A DNA stretch of 63,818 bases, the filler included, from Octopus bimaculoides (taxonomy: Eukaryota): assembly GCF_001194135.2 (NCBI RefSeq). It is 9 parts of 6 records of this genome, joined end to end, with 100 filler letters (N's around TTAATTAATTAA, not from the genome) between each part and the next. Parts side by side here need not be neighbours in the genome. Positions count along the whole stretch, not along the records: positions 1 to 13,565 come from NC_068991.1; 8 more parts are not named here. One strand, written 5' to 3'. Each line of letters starts with the position of its first letter. Within the stretch, counting starts at the first letter, position 1. The translations under genes were made by a program, and so were the position numbers. Of the stretch, positions 1 through 12,761 are shown piece by piece. The notes beneath the pieces were generated by a model that was given only the letters and a program-made list of their open reading frames with translations, was not told where the DNA came from and made no database searches.

Positions 1-49
<49 letters not shown>

Positions 50-58
50 TAGATAGAT
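1..58. repeat. Compound microsatellite (AT)n(AG)n(GATA)n
   Basis: Read directly from the sequence. It represents dozens of (TA)n, (CA)n, (GA)n, (TACA)n, (TATC)n, (AAT)n and (CTA)n tracts across the window. Confidence 0.95.
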
Positions 59-367
59 AATGCAAAATATATCTATGTAAAGGCGCGTGCGCAACCCACA
101 TACATATATATGAATATATACTTATATATATTTATATATGCACATACGTGTATTTATGATCGCTCGCACTTATATCTTACCGTTTTATTTGGTCCCGGTT
201 ACAAAAGGCTCTTTTATAATTTTTGTTATGCTATAATATAGGTTCCTTTGTTCGCCTTTTTGCATAGACATGAACTGTATAATTGTAGCCTGTTTCATGC
301 TATTTTATACTCTTCCTCCTAAAGATCTTTGTGGCTGAGACAATGCCATTAATATTGCACTTTTCTT

Positions 368-398
<31 letters not shown>

Positions 399-479
399 TT
401 TCTGTTTGTTTCCATTTATATGTCAATTTTTGCCATCTTATTCTTCATCGTTTCTTTCTCGTTAGTAATTTGCTCGCCT

Positions 480-685
480 TTTACTTGTTTCAGACTACGG
501 TCATGCTGAGGCAAAGCCTTGAAGTCTTTTAGTCGAACAAATCGACGACCACAACTTATTGTTTTCTTTTTTAAAATCTGGTATTTATCCCATCAAACCC
601 CTCTGCCGAACCGCTGCCTTTAGGAGGAAGTAAACGAACCAACACCGGTTGCCAAGTGGTGGATGAGAGGTAACCACACACGCAC
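480..685 (-). mobile_element. SINE family A, diverged 3' half
   Basis: Matches the reverse complement of the 3' half of the full copy at 4621-5033 (ttttacttgtttca..., gccgaaccgct..., aacaccggttgccaag). Confidence 0.6.
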
Positions 686-1903
686 ATAAGAGTAATGGAA
701 ATGGAGACAAACGCACAGGATGTTATTTAAATCATTTATATCACCGACATATGTTTCGATTAATGAATTAAAATAAATGAGAGGAAGAATAATGTGAAAA
801 ATGCATCAATCTCAACGGGGAGGAGATTATAAACAATAGTGCTCATCAATAAGCCATTTTTACAGATGTAAGAAACTATAATATATAATATATATATAAT
901 ATATATAGAAAGCAAAAGTGGATAGGGAACGCTAGTAATTTTAAAATACCGTTAAGAAATTTGACGTCATAGGACGAGAGAAGAAAAGGAAGAGAGAAAG
1001 AGAATTAAAGGAGTAATGGACGTATAAACGAGTAGAAGGTGAATAACAGATGGATAGAAAAGATGAAGAAAAGAATGGGATATATGAGATGAAAAGAATA
1101 AAGTGTAAGTTGCAGATATTATTAGGTAAGGGGGCAGATATTATTTGAAATAGTTGAAAGAGTGTTTTTTCCAATGTAAACACCTATAAACACGTTCTTT
1201 ATAGGTGTTGACCAGTGTGTGTTTGACAAAAAGGATACATAGTTGTCCGTCCGTACAAAGAGAGCAGAAAGATTTCCCTTTATCATAGGGAAACGGTCTT
1301 GACAAAATTTTCCTATTCAAAGAAAATTGTTTATTACAGTCTTTGAGATGCCAAATTAGTTTACCAAGACCTGCAGTATTACGTTTATGAATATATTTAA
1401 ATACATATATTTATTAATGAATATATTNNNNNNNNNNNNNNNNNNNNNNNNNNNNNNNNNNNNNNNNNNNNNNNNNNNNNNNNNNNNNNNNNNNNNNNNN
1501 NNNNNNNNNNNNNNNNNNNNNNNNNNNNNNNNNNNNNNNNNNNNNNNNNNNNNNNNNNNNNNNNNNNNNNNNNNNNNNNNNNNNNNNNNNNNNNNNNNNN
1601 NNNNNNNNNNNNNNNNNNNNNNNNNNNNNNNNNNNNNNNNNNNNNNNNNNNNNNNNNNNNNNNNNNNNNNNNNNNNNNNNNNNNNNNNNNNNNNNNNNNN
1701 NNNNNNNNNNNNNNNNNNNNNNNNNNNNNNNNNNNNNNNNNNNNNNNNNNNNNNNNNNNNNNNNNNNNNNNNNNNNNNNNNNNNNNNNNNNNNNNNNNNN
1801 NNNNNNNNNNNNNNNNNNNNNNNNNNNNNNNNNNNNNNNNNNNNNNNNNNNNNNNNNNNNNNNNNNNNNNNNNNNNNNNNNNNNNNNNNNNNNNNNNNNN
1901 NNN

Positions 1904-1960
1904 GCATTAGTCGACCCGGAGCTATAGTGGAAGACATTTGCCCAAGGTACCGCGCAGTCA
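1904..1960 (-). mobile_element. SINE family A fragment
   Basis: gctatagtggaagacatttgcccaaggt is the reverse complement of the family A body; it abuts a gap. Confidence 0.6.
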
Positions 1961-2143
1961 GACACCTCACGTGATTGCAAACGGGCTTCGTAACCACATT
2001 GAAATTTTACTTCTTGCATTGAATACATTTTCATATAGGTTAACACAAGCATTTACTCTATTATGCACACATACTCACACACACACACACACACAACCCC
2101 CGTTCACACACACACACGTACGTATGGTTAATATATATATATA

Positions 2144-2308
2144 GGAGTGGCTGTGTGGTAAGTAGCTTGCTTACCAACCACATGGTTCCGGGTTCAGTCC
2201 CACTGCGTGGCACCTTGGGCAAGTGTCTTCTACTATAGCCTCGGGCCGACCAAAACCTTGCGAGTGGATTTGGTAGACGGAAACTGAAAGAAGCCCGTCG
2301 TATATATG

Positions 2309-2343
<35 letters not shown>

Positions 2344-2416
2344 TTGTGTGTCTGTGTTTGTCCCCCCACTATCACTTGACAACCGATGCTGGTGTGTTTA
2401 CGTCCCCGTAACTTAA
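2144..2416 (+). mobile_element. tRNA-derived SINE family A (truncated by gap)
   Basis: A-box-like tggctgtgtgg, B-box-like ggttcagtccc, conserved body, internal (TA)n(TG)n; near-identical to more than 10 other copies in the window. Confidence 0.9.
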
Positions 2417-2689
2417 ANNNNNNNNNNNNNNNNNNNNNNNNNNNNNNNNNNNNNNNNNNNNNNNNNNNNNNNNNNNNNNNNNNNNNNNNNNNNNNNNNNN
2501 NNNNNNNNNNNNNNNNNNNNNNNNNNNNNNNNNNNNNNNNNNNNNNNNNNNNNNNNNNNNNNNNNNNNNNNNNNNNNNNNNNNNNNNNNNNNNNNNNNNN
2601 NNNNNNNNNNNNNNNNNNNNNNNNNNNNNNNNNNNNNNNNNNNNNNNNNNNNNNNNNNNNNNNNNNNNNNNNNNNNNNNNNNNNNNNNA

Positions 2690-4525
2690 TATAATTATCA
2701 AAGAAGCCGATAAAGAGAGCACTGTCGTCATCATGGACACAGATTACTTTAAAGACCTAGCACTCACAATGCTAGAGGACAACAACTATTATGAAAAAGC
2801 AACCCACTAGAAAAAGTCAAATATAATTGAAAACCTCACAACTCTTTTAAAGGAGTATAACAAAGGCTTAACCAGCAAAGAAATTGACTATTTATGTCAC
2901 TTCAAATGCAAAACGAGCAACTTCTATCGTTTACTTAAAATCCTTAAATGCAAAAGGATATGTGATGCCTGTAAATCCTCAACAAACAAATACATGCAGC
3001 TAACACATCCAGAACCAATCATGGCAAGCCCAGCATGTGAAACACACATGCTCAGCAACTTCTTGTACATCCTCCTAAAACTCTTCTTAAAACACACACA
3101 GAGCTACATAGCAGACGACCTAGACATGCTAAATAATCTGCCAAAAATGGTAAATAAACATACAATTTTTACTTCATTTGATGTTGTCAACCTATACACC
3201 AACATCCCCCATGATTATGGAATAACTGCAATCGAATACTGGTTAGACACTCACCAATCTGAACTGCCAACACACATAGAAAAAGATTTTATCATTGAGG
3301 GGCTCAGATTCATACTTGAAAACAACGTTTTTACTTTGAACGCCAAACATCAGGAACGGCGATGGGTACGAAAGTTTCCCCTACATACACCAACTTAATC
3401 ATGGGATTCCACGAACAAAAAATATACAACCAATCTCTTCTAATATTTGGTGACATGTTCCATACACAACTCAGAAACAACTGGAAAAGATACCTGGATG
3501 ATTGTTTTGTTTTATGGCAGGAAAACATTGACAAGTTAACTGAATTCAAAAACATGATAAACAGCCTCAGCAATAGAATCCAATTCACAATGGATTTTAA
3601 TCCCAAAGAACTTTCCATTCTAGATATCCTAATCAAAAACCAAGATGGGAAAATAGAAACGGACATATTCTACAAATCCACCGACTCCAAACAGTACCTT
3701 CTTTTCACATCATGTCACCCAAAACACACCAAACTCAACATTCCCTTCAACCTGGCAAAACGAATTTGTGCCATAGAATCAGAACCATCCAAACGTGAAG
3801 AAAGACTGAAGAGGAACTGAAGGGCACATGTGAAGAGGAACTGAAGGACACACTTATCCAAAGAGTCTTCCCCGCTGGCATAATCACCAACGGAATAAAC
3901 AAGGTGAAACAAATGGATAACAATGAACTAAGGAAAACAAAAACTAAAGAAAGAAAAATGTCTTACCATTCGTGTCAACCTTCAATCCCAGGAACACCGA
4001 AATATTTGATCACATCCACAAAAACCATCCATATTATTTGCAGATGAAAAAATGAGAAAAATCTAAGAAAAACAGCAAATCATCAAAGGCAAAAGGCAGC
4101 TCCAAACCCTAAAACTCATTCTCACTGGAGCAAAAACACACAAAGAAACCCTCAATCCAACGGTCACAAAACGCGGCACTAGCCGTTACCTACTTGAGGG
4201 ACCAGAATTTAAATTCAAAGATGGCCAAACCTTCAAAGTTAAGTCCAATCTCACTTGCAACACGGAAAACCTTATCTACATAATCACATGTAATCGTTGC
4301 CAACATAACTACATAGGTCAGACGGGTGGATCGTTACACAACAGAATGACGATCCATCGCCAACAGATCCGAGACAAAAGCACAAGGAATGTGCAGGAAT
4401 GGTCTTACCTAATTTCAAAATATTTCCCATCTACAAGTGCTCAGATTCCTTCAATCGACAACAAAGACTGAATAAAGAAAGGCAATTTATCAACAAATAT
4501 AAACCACAGCTAAATATAGACCCAA
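2690..4525 (+). mobile_element. Penelope-like retroelement, frameshifted RT + GIY-YIG endonuclease
   Basis: IIKEADK, LVSFDVVNLYTNIPH-like motif (FTSFDVVNLYTNIPH), MGTKVSPTYTNL, WKRYLDDCF (YLDD at 3491-3502), DIFYKSTDSKQYL, SCHPKH; then CNTENLIYIITCNRCQHNYIGQT...RMTIHRQQIR (4232-4375), ending FINKYKPQLN. Stops and frameshifts present. Confidence 0.92.
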
Positions 4526-4620
4526 CCACAACCAATATATAAAAACAGACAAAAATAATTTTAAACAATTTTATGCATATTCTCATTTAAAAAAAATACT
4601 TCCCATCATCTAAATCCTTT

Positions 4621-5033
4621 TGGCTGTGTGGTAAGTAGCTTGCTTACCAACCACATGGTTCCGGGTTCATTCCCACTGCGTGGCACCTTGGGCAAGTGTC
4701 TTCTACAATAGCCTCGGGCCGACCAAAGCCTTGTGAGTGGATTTGGTAGACGGAAACTGAAAGAAGCCTGTCGTATATATGTATATATATATATATATAT
4801 ATATGTTTGTGTGTATGTGTGTCTGTGTTTGTCCCCCAACATCACTTGACAGCCGATGGTGGTGTGTTTAAGTCCCCGTAACTTAGCGGTTCGGCAAAAA
4901 GAGACCAATAGAATAAGTACTAGGCATCCAAAGAATAAGTCCTGGGGTCGATTTACTCGACTAAAGGCGGTGCTCCAGCATGGCCACAGTCAAATGACTG
5001 AAACAAGTAAAAGAGTAAAAGAGTAAAAGAGTA
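4621..5033 (+). mobile_element. tRNA-derived SINE family A, near full length
   Basis: tRNA-like head, internal (TA)n(TG)n microsatellite, 3' half, and (AAAGAGT)n tandem tail. Confidence 0.92.
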
Positions 5034-5057
5034 TATGCCAATACACATGCACGTACA

Positions 5058-6400
5058 TGTTGTTGGATTTCTTAATGAGGATGTCGAGGAATGGAAGTTG
5101 TTGGTGGCTATATCCTATCGTGAATTGAATGTTTATGTCAAGCCCATTCAGAAGTGTTTGAAATTCTTCAAGTCTCTCTATACTTTCGTGCCAAAGAATG
5201 AAACAGTCATCTAGATATCTTTTCCAGTTATTTTCTATATACAAGGAGAATGAGTTTCCGTATTTTTCTAGTACCTTACGATGAAGATTGATTTCTAGGT
5301 ACCCCATGACTAGGTTAGCAAAGGAGGGGTCCATTCGCGTGCCCATCGCAGTCCCCGATAAATGTCGATAGAAGTTGTCATTAAATATGAAGAAGTTATT
5401 CTCCAAGATGAATTTTAGTCCTTATATTACGAATTCTTTGTTAATGCGGTGTGAGAGTTCATTGGAGTAATTCTCTTGCCAGAATTGGATTGCTTCTATT
5501 CCTAGGCTGTGAGGGATGTTGGAAGAGAGGTTGACTACATCGAAGGATACTAGTAGGGTGTTTTTATTTATTGTTTCAGGAAGGGGATTGAGCATATCTA
5601 GGTCGTCCCTTATGCAGCTTTTGATACGCTTGAGGAAAGATTTTAAGAGGGCATCTAAAAAGTTACTGAGGCGGGGAGTTTCGCATGCGAGGCCTACTAT
5701 TATGGGTTTTAATTTGAGGTCATTAGGAGTAGGTACCTTGACTATTATGTCTGTGGCTCCCCTGCATGCGTTACTTAGTTTTTTCACTTTTGTGTATTTT
5801 AGAAATACCGTAGAGTTGACTGGATTTACTATTGAAGTTAATCATATAGTCGTATTCCTTGTCGGAGAGCCCTATTCTGTATAAGTTTAACATTGTTTTT
5901 AGGTTTCTCATTATTTCCTGCTGACTGTAGTGTTGTACCTTTCCATAATATGGTGTGTCTTCTAATATGAATAGCATTAGGGTTATATAATATGCAGTGT
6001 CCATTAAGACTACTGCACTACCTTTGTCAGCCTCTTTGATTGTGATTGTTTTGTCATCTTTTAATTTGTTCAGCTCAGCCCATTCTCGTTTGCTGAAGTT
6101 TGGCTTGTATTTTTGTTTGTGTATATGCTGACATGAGTAATTCGTGATGTGTTCGCAGAAATAGTCAAGAATTCCTTCAGATTTACTACTACCCACCTAC
6201 GAGGCATTCACAAAGGAACAGAGAGAGAGGCAGACTATCTGAAGACTGGAAACATTTACCTTTTTAGAGACTATGAAAATATCTACAAAACATTTCACTT
6301 CATTTTTTTCTCCAATCTTTGTTATCGTTTCGATGGTGACCTTGTCCACGTATTTAAATAGATTCCCAAATAAACCTACAGTTCATTCTAAGAGTTCCGA
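5058..6400 (-). mobile_element. Second, divergent Penelope-like element (RT region only, degenerate)
   Basis: ITIKEADKGSAVV, LLVSFDVVNLSSNIPH, GTAMGTRMDPSFANLVMGY, WKRYLDDCF, LPFLDILIKK across three ORF fragments; 3' end truncated beside the SINE. Confidence 0.9.
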
Positions 6401-6511
6401 GGAAGCTATAATGTGACGCATAAGCACTCAGCTCTGAGTGCACTGCTTCTTATATCAGAAACAGCTGTAAGCCAATGAAAATGGTTACATAGTTTCTGTT
6501 ATATATATGTA

Positions 6512-6565
<54 letters not shown>

Positions 6566-7592
6566 TGTGTGGTGTGTGTGGTGTGTGTGTGCATACGTGT
6601 GTGTATATATATGTGTATATAAATGCATACACATACATGCATATGTACACATACATATAAGTTTATACACCTATNNNNNNNNNNTATATATATGGGACAA
6701 GAACGCAAAACATCCAGACAGTTAGGTGATACAAGAAAGGGACAAACCATACAAATAGACGATACAAAAAAACACGGACATGTCATTCGGAGTTTTCTCT
6801 CTTCAGTCGAGATCCAGATTATCTTTGCAATTTTGGCTGGTTATTCTCGATATTGCTCCAATCTGGCCATAAATACATATGTACGCGTGTTTAAACACAT
6901 ATGCGTATATCTACACACACGTACGCACCACTACACCCGCCCACACACCCACGCACACACATACATACACATATGCCGAACAAAGACTATCTTAGATAAG
7001 TATCTGAATGTTGTGTATAACTTGGTTTGTGTGTGAATTTGTATATCGATTACCTTCTTGTATGTAAAGGAGTGGACCTATTTGTACGTTACATAACTGA
7101 TTCTGCATGCTTCACTGTCTTTTACGCAAATGAACATACCTTCTGAAAACTTGAACATATCTCTCCCTTCTTACACTTTTACATACACACACAGACGGCC
7201 ACACACACACACACACACATTCTTATCAATGCTGGCAGATTCAGAACTAATGTCGTACGTGTTTGTGTGTTTTGTTGAGGCGGTTGTGATGATGGTGGAG
7301 GTAGCCGTTGCGTTGTGAGAATAAGTTTATACTGTATAACTCTGGTGTGAAATGCGGTTAAGCGAAAGGAGTTACTGAATGCTGTTTGGTAAAGTGGAAG
7401 AATGTTTATTCATAGATGAAGCTGTGTAAGTCGTTTCTCGGAGTTTCTCATTGTTTGATCGTCAGGCAACTGAAGACACTATAGATAGAAAAGAGGGGAG
7501 AGAGCGAGGTAGAGAGAGAGAGAGGGGAGAGGGAGACGAACAGAAGGAAGGGGGGGAAATAGTGTAAGAGGAGTGTATTTTACCTTTCACAG

Positions 7593-7629
<37 letters not shown>

Positions 7630-7641
<12 letters not shown>

Positions 7642-7800
7642 TCTCCCCACATCAGTGCTTGTTAGTTTGTGTACATCCCCGTAACATAACGCTTTGGCGA
7701 AAAGGAGCCGATAGAATAAGTATCGGGGTCAATTTGTTCGAGTATGACTTTCAAGGCACCGCCCCAGCATGGCCGCAGTTGAATGACTGAAACAAGTAGC
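7630..7800 (+). mobile_element. SINE family A 3' half
   Basis: Homologous to 4830-5010 (ccccgtaac..., gatagaataagta..., ccagcatggccgcag..., gactgaaacaag). Confidence 0.7.
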
Positions 7801-7814
7801 AGATAAAAAAAAAA

Positions 7815-8055
7815 TCGGCTGTGGTGGGATTTGAACTCAGAGCGCGAAGGTCCGAAAAATGTACCGAAGGACATTTGGTCTGGTGTTCTCTCAGTTTTAT
7901 CATTCCATCCTCCTGGTTTGGTATCTCTGTATTATCGACCCCAAAATGATGAAAGGCTACGTTGATCTCGGCAAGATTTGAAATCAGAGCGCTGAATACC
8001 AGAACAAACGCCACTATTCATTCCATCCGACTCTTTTCCGATTCAGCCAACTGAC
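7815..8055 (-). mobile_element. SINE family B, degenerate and partly duplicated
   Basis: gatttgaactcagagcg and tatcgacccc...gatgaaaggc match the reverse complement of 41285-41510. Confidence 0.5.
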
Positions 8056-8059
8056 CCCT

Positions 8060-8250
8060 GTTGTTGTTGTTGTTGTTGTGGCTTAGTCCAAAGGTCAGAT
8101 CTGAACAAATTGATTTATGATCAAAGGTTTGTTCTTCTCTATTGTGAAATTTATTGTCCAATGTGTTCTTCTTTAAGATGGTAGGGTCTAATTTGTGTGA
8201 GATTTGACTGCTATTTCTAGCAGATTCAGAACTACCCAGAGGCTGTCTTG
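8060..8250 (+). repeat. Unclassified interspersed repeat (family C) starting with (GTT)n
   Basis: The motif gatttg(a/g)ctgctatttctag recurs near 45540 and 48855, and in reverse near 15880 and 49640. Confidence 0.45.
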
Positions 8251-8429
8251 GAATAGTTTAAGTAAAATATTTGACTCTCAAATTTAACAGACTGTATCAT
8301 AATTATCTTTAATAATTGTTTCACACTTAATTAACTGCATAATTAGCGTGCCTGTCGTCAGGAACAGGTATATGTTTTATTATGAAACAACGAGAGAGGG
8401 GGAAAGAAGGAAAGAATGGGAGAGAGAGA

Positions 8430-8496
<67 letters not shown>

Positions 8497-9130
8497 NNNN
8501 NNNNNNNNNNNNNNNNNNNNNNNNNNNNNNNNNNNNNNNNNNNNNNNNNNNNNNNNNNNNNNNNNNNNNNNNNNNNNNNNNNNNNNNNNNNNNNNNNNNN
8601 NNNNNNNNNNNNNNNNNNNNNNNNNNNNNNNNNNNNNNNNNNNNNNNNNNNNNNNNNNNNNNNNNNNNNNNNNNNNNNNNNNNNNNNNNNNNNNNNNNNN
8701 NNNNNNNNNNNNNNNNNNNNNNNNNNNNNNNNNNNNNNNNNNNNNNNNNNNNNNNNNNNNNNNNNNNNNNNNNNNNNNNNNNNNNNNNNNNNNNNNNNNN
8801 NNNNNNNNNNNNNNNNNNNNNNNNNNNNNNNNNNNNNNNNNNNNNNNNNNNNNNNNNNNNNNNNNNNNNNNNNNNNNNNNNNNNNNNNNNNNNNNNNNNN
8901 NNNNNNNNNNNNNNNNNNNNNNNNNNNNNNNNNNNNNNNNNNNNNNNNNNNNNNNNNNNNNNNNNNNNNNNNNNNNNNNNNNNNNNNNNNNNNNNNNNNN
9001 NNNNNNNNNNNNNNNNNNNNNNNNNNNNNNNNNNNNNNNNNNNNNNNNNNNNNNNNNNNNNNNNNNNNNNNNNNNNNNNNNNNNNNNNNNNNNNNNNNNN
9101 NNNNNNNNNNNNNNNNNNNNNNNNNNNNNN

Positions 9131-9470
9131 NATATATATATATATATATATATATACGACGGGCTTCTTTCAGTTTCCGTCTACCAAATCCACTCACAAG
9201 GCTTTGGTCGGCCCGAGGTGCCACGCAGTGGGACTGAACCCGGTACCATGTAGTTGGTAAGCAAGCCACTCCTAGGTTCTGAATAACAGACATGGTACAA
9301 TTTTTTTACTTGTTTCAGTAACTGGACACCGATGAATTACGATAGACTTAATGGAGAAAAATCGATCCCCGTTCTAATTTTACGTCTGGTACTTACTCTA
9401 TCGGTCTCTTTTGTCGAAACGAAGCAAGCCAAAACCGGTTGTCAAGTAGTAGGGTTGGAGGAGACTAACA
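9131..9470 (-). mobile_element. SINE family A, rearranged (head half 9131-9262, 3' half 9300-9470)
   Basis: Both parts match the reverse complement of family A; the head half starts at a (TA)n tract at a gap edge. Confidence 0.75.
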
Positions 9471-9499
9471 TTAACACATTTACACATACACACACCCAC

Positions 9500-9553
<54 letters not shown>

Positions 9554-9616
9554 TTCTCCTTCTCCCTCTCACTTTCTCTCTCCCCCCCCTCTCTCTCTCT
9601 CCCTCTCTCTCTGTAT

Positions 9617-9650
<34 letters not shown>

Positions 9651-10699
9651 CTAACTCTTCGAAACGCCTGTGTTAGAATGGGGGAAGCTGATGAAGGAGA
9701 TGTTCTCTATGTGGCCTGTGTGTTTTCTGTACTCGTTTACCATTTTGTCTACGCTTTGTTTGCAATGTCCTGTACCCAGATATGCATCTATATATACAGG
9801 TAGATGTANNNNNNNNNNNNNNNNNNNNNNNNNNNNNNNNNNNNNNNNNNNNNNNNNNNNNNNNNNNNNNNNNNNNNNNNNNNNNNNNNNNNNNNNNNNN
9901 NNNNNNNNNNNNNNNNNNNNNNNNNNNNNNNNNNNNNNNNNNNNNNNNNNNNNNNNNNNNNNNNNNNNNNNNNNNNNNNNNNNNNNNNNNNNNNNNNNNN
10001 NNNNNNNNNNNNNNNNNNNNNNNNNNNNNNNNNNNNNNNNNNNNNNNNNNNNNNNNNNNNNNNNNNNNNNNNNNNNNNNNNNNNNNNNNNNNNNNNNNNN
10101 NNNNNNNNNNNNNNNNNNNNNNNNNNNNNNNNNNNNNNNNNNNNNNNNNNNNNNNNNNNNNNNNNNNNNNNNNNNNNNNNNNNNNNNNNNNNNNNNNNNN
10201 NNNNNNNNNNNNNNNNNNNNNNNNNNNNNNNNNNNNNNNNNNNNNNNNNNNNNNNNNNNNNNNNNNNNNNNNNNNNNNNNNNNNNNNNNNNNNNNNNNNN
10301 NNNNNNNNNNNNNNNNNNNNNNNNNNNNNNNNNNNNNNNNNNNNNNNNNNNNNNNNNNNNNNNNNNNNNNNNNNNNNNNNNNNNNNNNNNNNNNNNNNNN
10401 NNNNNNNNNNNNNNNNNNNNNNNNNNNNNNNNNNNNNNNNNNNNNNNNNNNNNNNNNNNNNNNNNNNNNNNNNNNNNNNNNNNNNNNNNNNNNNNNNNNN
10501 NNNNNNNNNNNNNNNNNNNNNNNNNNNNNNNNNNNNNNNNNNNNNNNNNNNNNNNNNNNNNNNNNNNNNNNNNNNNNNNNNNNNNNNNNNNNNNNNNNNN
10601 NNNNNNNNNNNNNNNNNNNNNNNNNNNNNNNNNNNNNNNNNNNNNNNNNNNNNNNNNNNNNCGCACACGCACACACACACACACACGCACACACACATA

Positions 10700-10840
10700 C
10701 ACACGACAGGCTTCTTTCAGTTTCCGTCTGCCAAATTCACTCACAAGGCCCGAGGCTATAGTAGAAGACACTTTCCCAAGGTGCCACGCAGTGGGACTGA
10801 ACCCGGAAGCATGTGGTTGGTAAGCAAGCTACTTACCACA
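10700..10840 (-). mobile_element. SINE family A head half
   Basis: cgacaggcttctttcagtttccgtct...ggactgaacccggaagcatgtggttggtaagcaagctacttaccacac. Confidence 0.85.
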
Positions 10841-12236
10841 CACACTCACACATATATATATACATACACACACACACACGCCGGGCTTCCGCGTGGTTTC
10901 TATCTACCAAATCTTCTCACAAGATTTTGGTGCGTCCGGTGCTCTAACAGAAAACACTTCCCCGAGGAGCCGTACACTGAGACCGAAACCAATTGGTTGC
11001 GAAACGTTCTTAACTGCACAGTCATCCTTGTACCTAATACTCACAACTGGAACGTATCTTTGTCATAGGTTTGCTCAATCGGAGCAGACTTGAGTGCTAA
11101 TTTCTACCACCACCACCATATATATATATAAAAGCTAAGGTTATACAATCTCGACCACGTTTTATAAGCAGGTTATATAGACGTGCCTATAACGTGTCTC
11201 CATAGCACGAAGCTATTAGTAGATCTTATTCCAATACAGTGTACACTTTTGTTGACCCTATCTTAATAGAACAGTAAACTATGTATATATATATATATAT
11301 NNNNNNNNNNNNNNNNNNNNNNNNNNNNNNNNNNNNNNNNNNNNNNNNNNNNNNNNNNNNNNNNNNNNNNNNNNNNNNNNNNNNNNNNNNNNNNNNNNNN
11401 NNNNNNNNNNNNNNNNNNNNNNNNNNNNNNNNNNNNNNNNNNNNNNNNNNNNNNNNNNNNNNNNNNNNNNNNNNNNNNNNNNNNNNNNNNNNNNNNNNNN
11501 NNNNNNNNNNNNNNNNNNNNNNNNNNNNNNNNNNNNNNNNNNNNNNNNNNNNNNNNNNNNNNNNNNNNNNNNNNNNNNNNNNNNNNNNNNNNNNNNNNNN
11601 NNNNNNNNNNNNNNNNNNNNNNNNNNNNNNNNNNNNNNNNNNNNNNNNNNNNNNNNNNNNNNNNNNNNNNNNNNNNNNNNNNNNNNNNNNNNNNNNNNNN
11701 NNNNNNNNNNNNNNNNNNNNNNNNNNNNNNNNNNNNNNNNNNNNNNNNNNNNNNNNNNNNNNNNNNNNNNNNNNNNNNNNNNNNNNNNNNNNNNNNNNNN
11801 NNNNNNNNNNNNNNNNNNNNNNNNNNNNNNNNNNNNNNNNNNNNNNNNNNNNNNNNNNNNNNNNNNNNNNNNNNNNNNNNNNNNNNNNNNNNNNNNNNNN
11901 NNNNNNNNNNNNNNNNNNNNNNNNNNNNNNNNNNNNNNNNNNNNNNNNNNNNNNNNNNNNNNNNNNNNNNNNNNNNNNNNNNNNNNNNNNNNNNNNNNNN
12001 NNNNNNNNNNNNNNNNNNNNNNNNNNNNNNNNNNNNNNNNNNNNNNNNNNNNNNNNNNNNNNNNNNNNNNNNNNNNNNNNNNNNNNNNNNNNNNNNNNNN
12101 NNNNNNNNNNNNNNNNNNNNNNNNNNNNNNNNNNNNNNNNNNNNNNNNNNNNNNNNNNNNNNNNNNNNNNNNNNNNNNNNNNNNNNNNNNNNNNNNNNNN
12201 NNNNNNNNNNNNNNNNNNNNNNNNNNNNNNNNNNNN

Positions 12237-12300
<64 letters not shown>

Positions 12301-12395
12301 GGTGAAAGCAATAAACAAAAAGAAAACAGACAGTACAGGTGGAACAAGTTTTAACAAATATTGCATTAGTTTAACATTTAAAAATGAAAGAAGTG

Positions 12396-12431
12396 TCTTA
12401 ATATTTCGGATGCTAGTCCTTCATCAGAAGA
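12396..12431 (-). ncRNA. Minimal type I hammerhead ribozyme with intact core
   Basis: Minus strand reads TCTT-CTGATGA-A-GGA-ctagca-TCC-GAAATATT-AAGA. Helix I is TCTT/AAGA, helix II is GGA/TCC, helix III is the palindrome AATATT, and the predicted cleavage triplet is AUU. Confidence 0.75.
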
Positions 12432-12761
12432 AAAGTTTAGGAAAAAAGGGGAATTGTGAAAGAGAAAAAGTAAAGAAAACGGGTGTATAATTATAGGCTA
12501 GGCTGGAATGTAGTTCTATGAGGGAGAGTGAAGAAGAAATGAGAGGTAGATGTGTATGTGCACATATAAGAGTGTATCCTTGTTTTGTGGTAGGCATAAG
12601 GGACAATGCCGTATATGCGTGGTTTTTGGTGTGGGTGTATATATGTGTAGAGGTGTGCAAGTAGGGGAGTGTAGTGGCATGGGTTAGAAGGGATACAACG
12701 TGTGCGAGGAAAGTATGGATGTGAGGAAGTGTGAACGGACGCGTACGTGAAGTAAAAAGGA

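Noticed and set aside
740-850. Minus-strand GAAACATATGTC (palindromic helix III + GUC)
   Set aside because: No matching CUGANGA with helix I and II partners at a usable distance; only half a motif.
6380-6490. Expected hammerhead at the 5' end of the minus-strand PLE
   Set aside because: No CUGANGA...GAAA core could be found.
6770-6812. Minus-strand CTGAAGA-gag-aaaa-ctc-c-GAAT-gacatgtc
   Set aside because: GAAA is broken, the helix II register is off by one and helix I does not pair. It cannot be called without paralogues.
9652-9712. ctcttc-GAAACG ... CTGATGA-A-ggag, a possible permuted (type II) hammerhead
   Set aside because: Helix II can be drawn, but U16.1 is missing and helix I does not pair. 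At most a relic.
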